A stretch of 64,000 nucleotides of DNA. It comes from Takakia lepidozioides. Taxonomy: Eukaryota; Plantae; Bryophyta. The translations under genes were made by a program, and so were the position numbers. The DNA is taken from contig CM060731.1 of the NCBI GenBank assembly GCA_030704615.1, forward strand, positions 91,822,001-91,886,000, written 5' to 3'. The number at the start of each line of letters is the position of its first letter. The first letter of the stretch is position 1. Shown piece after piece: positions 59,664 through 64,000 of this stretch. The notes below the pieces were generated by a model. That model saw only the letters and a program-made list of their open reading frames with translations, searched no databases and was not told where the DNA came from.

Positions 59664-62600
59664 TCAAGCAACAAAGTCATGTTGCAGAAGCTGGCTGGCC
59701 AAGCGCTTGCGACTGGGTGAAATCTGCAAGTTGGAGTTGTTATACATGTCTTGAGAGATTTGAAGATAATGACCATTATTAACGTTAGATGATCGATCGA
59801 TACTGTTGGAGCTGTCATACTCATGTCTGTTCATTTCCATACTGGTTTTGCCATACAAGCCCATATTGTTGTATTTCTGTTGCATTGAGGAATCCATTGG
59901 TGACAAACCTGCATCACAGTGGCGGAGTCCAAGTGTGAGAGACACATCACCATTTCCGATTGTAGAGCTTCTTGAGTTGATGTATGCTGAATAGCCACCA
60001 TATGTATTGAGGTTTCTTCCCTCAAAAGCTGATACAAAGCCTCCTCCTCCTACAATGGTGGTCTCAAGTGCTGCCTGGATGCTGGCTCCCTTGTGAGCTC
60101 TGTAGATTTCTTGATCCCTTATACGTTTCTTTTCTTCGTGACCATTAGTGTGGTCAGACTCTCGCTTGCAAATGTCGTCAGTGAAATCTTGAGATTTCCC
60201 ACAGTTGTCTCCGTCTGCATTCAGACCTGGGGAGGCTAAAGAGTCTGGAATTTCAGTGCTAGAGACGCTTCTAGCTCTTTTTGTGTCGTGAATTAACTCA
60301 TCGTTTCGGACAATACAATCTTGCTGCTGTTCAGCTATGTGTGTATCAGTCACCTGTCCGTCATCGTCACATCCGCCAGCTTCCTCAGTAACTTCAATGA
60401 CCTCTTTTCCATGTTGAGACATGGAAATCACTAGACCATTTCCATGGTCGTCACCATGCATGGCAGAATCCGATCTGGCCCCATCATTACACCTCCCATA
60501 GCTAGGCATGACGTTATCATCCTCATCCCTTGGCAATATCCTGTCGTGTGCAGAACGTCCTTCTTCTGCCTCCCTCTCCTCTTCCATATACATCTCCTCT
60601 ACCATGGGTTTCCACAATCGGACTCGTGCATTGATGAACCAGTTGGAAACCTGCAAAGCAATATATATTCCCAGCATTCATCTATTAGCAGATTTTGAAT
60701 ATTCAAGCTGCTTGAATCTTGTCATAGCTGAGTAAACGGTCCAACCCCTTACCTTCAAATCATTTTCTAGACCTGTTATCCCAACCTTGTATTATGAAAA
60801 TCTCAGGCACTCTTTTCGGCAGCAGAATTGGAAATGACAGCACAGGCACGTTTATACTATAAAATGATTTGTTCCTGGGCAAGTACGTAGTCGAATTTCC
60901 TACATGAACCATTAGTGAGAAGAACCTGATACAAAGATACAAAGTTCCACAAACATGAGTATTTCCACCAAGGTTGACTCTTCCACAAAACGCCCTTTAA
61001 CATAGATTTACAGAAACCACAGGATTAAAACCAGATTCTGCCATCTCTGTAGATGACATCTCCTGAAGACTCTAAGATTGGATCACTGGACCTTCCAAGG
61101 CTGGAGTCCTTGGCACATTATTAGTTTGTTTTTCCGGTATCTAGATTAATCGTCCCTACCCCTTCTCCATTGAGGAATCATATATGATAAGTAACAGGGT
61201 TTACAATGCGTAAAAATGAAAACCCACAAATTAAACTTGTGATTATTATTTCTGATCTATATATATATATATATCTCTGGAACCACCACAGACTCAAAAA
61301 GAGCATGCGCTGCTGTTGGCGCTACAGCTATCTTCTACAGGTGCAAAAGCTAAATGTATGCGCCCTTTCAGTTGAACCCAACTGATTAATTTACAGAAAG
61401 CCTCATATCTTCGTGTAGGGACTCACATGGAATCAGCATGTTAAAAGGGATCTAAATGAAATGTTTATTTATAACGACCCGGAAAGTTCATAGAACTTAA
61501 GATGGGACAGGGAGAAAGGGGCACAAGCAGCCAAAAAACAACTTTTGCTCAAGCGATTCTGTAGGAGTCAGCACCTCATGCGTATATGGAAACTGCAACA
61601 AACTGAAAAGCAGACAGAGTACACAGAAACGAAGATCTGCTTTCCTCAGTTCCAGCTTTTTGTCCAAGTGCATCAAGATCATGATCCAGAATGTTACCTG
61701 ACTTCTTGTGAGAGCTGTTTGCTTGGCCAAAAGAAGTTTGTCTGCATCCTTGGGATACCTGATTCATCATGGAATGATCTTCTTAAGAGAAGAATGAGAA
61801 CGATGAAAGCCTACTCTATCATGGAGCCCTACTGTCTGAAAGTAGACACATAGAACTTGAGAATCATGTATATACATAATTTGAAATCATCGTGAACTCA
61901 GATAACTGGAGCAACTTCCAGATGAAAGGGAGACTTTCAGATAAGAAACTACACTTCTCTTTCATTTGACATCTCATGTCAGCTACTGCAGCTCTGTCTT
62001 ATTCAAAATCATCTGTAGTTTTGTGAGGTCAGATAATTTCGAGGGAACACCTGGAATCACCAAAGTTACATCCTAGACCTCTACTGAACAAGCACTCTTG
62101 TTGAATATGAATCAATTTAGAGCTGAACATTTCAGATTTTCTTGCGTGGCGCTGTTCCCTAAATCATGACCCATGTATTGCAATACATAATTCCTCAACC
62201 CACCAGCTTAGGCCTATTGCACGCAACGCTGCCACAGTATGTATACTAAAACTAGGTGCACTCCGTATTACTGTTTACAGTTAAACACAGCTGGCCACAA
62301 CATCCCAAGGAGACTCGAAACAGAGACTCCTGATGTTCTTTCGACTTGGTACCTAACACACTTTAAGTTCTACTCCAAGAATAAGGTCCAAATTTGATCA
62401 TATCCACAAAAGAGACCTCCTCAGCCACAAGCTCCGTGATCCTTGAACGTCACAACTAAGTACTATAGATCCAGCCAAGTAGCCTAAACATGTAAACAAG
62501 CCAACTAACAATCCCACATGACGTCCCCTTGATGTTAGCTGCGTGCTCAATAAGACTCTCCATATTGAACTGTACACACAACGATATCCTCTATCAAAAA

Positions 62601-63400
62601 CTCTCAGACCAAGTCCAACTATATTTCCAAGCTGGACCACTTACGGGTGAAGGAAGTGCTCAAACAACCAAGCCCGTAGTACGGAGACAGCACGCTCTGG
62701 AAGCCCTCGCTGTGGTCGCCATGCATGCTGCTGTAGCATCCCTAATTGCTGGAGTGCCCGCTGCTGACGTAAACGTTGGTCCACGTATCGCAACCTTGAT
62801 GTCTCCCCTCTTCCAGTAGTTCTGTAAAAATCATCTTCCCCCAATGCTCTTCTCATCACTCTGTATTGACCACCTATTGCATCCCTTAAACACCTGTAAT
62901 GAGAGGTCGAAGGTGCATGCCATATTAGAATCACTCTTGGACATATGAGTTCACATTTGAAACCAGCTCATAAGATATTCCAGATTCTGTGTGCATGATA
63001 CATCTGAATATGTGATCCGTCTTCAGTGACTAATGGCAATGATGGAAATGTATAATAAACATGGAATACCAAAAGAAAGATCGTGCAGCCAAATGAGAGC
63101 CAAATTCAGAATCCAGTAAGAGAGCATACGTATATGTACATGCATGATGGAACTGACAGCCTGATGCAGGGAAGCTTGAAATGTAAAATTCAAGTTAGAG
63201 GATGATGTCAACCACAAGGTCTCATCAGAACTTCGTTCAGGGCATATTTCAATAGAAGATGGTACGTACCTGAAGTGACGTGACATTGCTTGCAGAGCCA
63301 AAACAGTATAGGGTGTGGCTGCGTGTAGTCCTGCTTGAGAATTGAAGCCACTTATCACAATTTGTAATTGATCGCAGTACTGCCGGTAACTTCTTTCCAC
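59664..63400 (-). CDS. BLH: BEL1-like (BELL/TALE) homeodomain transcription factor, last four coding exons: 63400-63270, 62893-62645, 61758-61698, 60650-59664; 5' exon(s) outside window
   Basis: POX/BELL domain ([36 protein letters not shown]), homeodomain [69 protein letters not shown] box, LLQHDFVA end. All introns GT-AG and in phase. Confidence 0.97.
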
Positions 63401-64000
63401 CTGTCAGATTGCAAACTTGTCAGATCTAAACAATCTCTGGGGCTCGTATCGACTTTTAGCAGTGATATATAGACCACCAAAAGGCAAACCTGACATTTCC
63501 CAATTCAGAGGGATCAAAGAGCATCGACATTTCATACTTCTACAGAAATATAGCTATCATCATAACCTTTGTCGTCCTTTAAAAGATTATGTACAGATTT
63601 TTGTTGAGAAGATCATGAAACAGAGACATTGTAAACTGGCCAGTTGAATTGATTTGCCTTATCCTGCAAATCAAAACCGCAACTCTTGTCATGCTGACCG
63701 ATCTGAGGATCCTTCTAAACATCATGATCATGATGGTTTCTTCCAGTTCCACATGGGATTGGGAGCTGTAGATGGTGAATTGACGGTTATAATGTAATCA
63801 CCGCACTCGACAGAATTACAGCTTTACACACTTTGCTTCCTGAAAAAGGTCTCTATACTCCATGTGCACTGTCGACACTAAATTCATGGCTTGATGTGTG
63901 TACAGAGGCCTCCTGTGCATCTACTAGTGCATCTGATTAAGTACTTTAGGTCTCAAACCACTTGGATACCACAAAGATGTACATTTTCATGTTATACGTG

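Overview
Eukaryotic, land-plant-like genomic DNA (spliceosomal introns, BEL1-like homeobox gene). About 55 kb of nested transposons is followed by the 3' four coding exons of a BELL/TALE homeobox gene (59664-63400, minus). The most notable element is a complete 12.2-kb Mutator-like DNA transposon (33994-46235) with TIRs and a perfect 9-bp TSD (GAACCAATG). It encodes an apparently intact GCM-type/DDE/SWIM transposase and, head-to-head with it, a 10-exon ~1500-aa gene fusing a ParB/Srx-like domain (DGNHRLLAW) to a beta-class amino-DNA-methyltransferase fold with a non-canonical DIPD motif IV. Its non-coding DNA is packed with the palindrome GGAAATTCGGCGCCGAATTTCC. A diverged sister element (1-4938, repeated at 9147-14882) has the same TIR end, a homologous MTase gene and its own symmetric variant of the palindrome (GGAAATGCGGCGCCGCATTTCC). 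This suggests a TE-encoded, family-specific ParB/parS-like or VANC-like self-recognition system (inference). The complete element interrupts a SET-domain gene, possibly with a chromodomain, that lies inside a CACTA element (~28595-51059). Also present: a 9944-bp near-identical tandem duplication, a second MULE pseudogene, rearranged Ty3/gypsy pieces and LINE-like remnants. All assignments come from reading motifs by eye; no searches were run.
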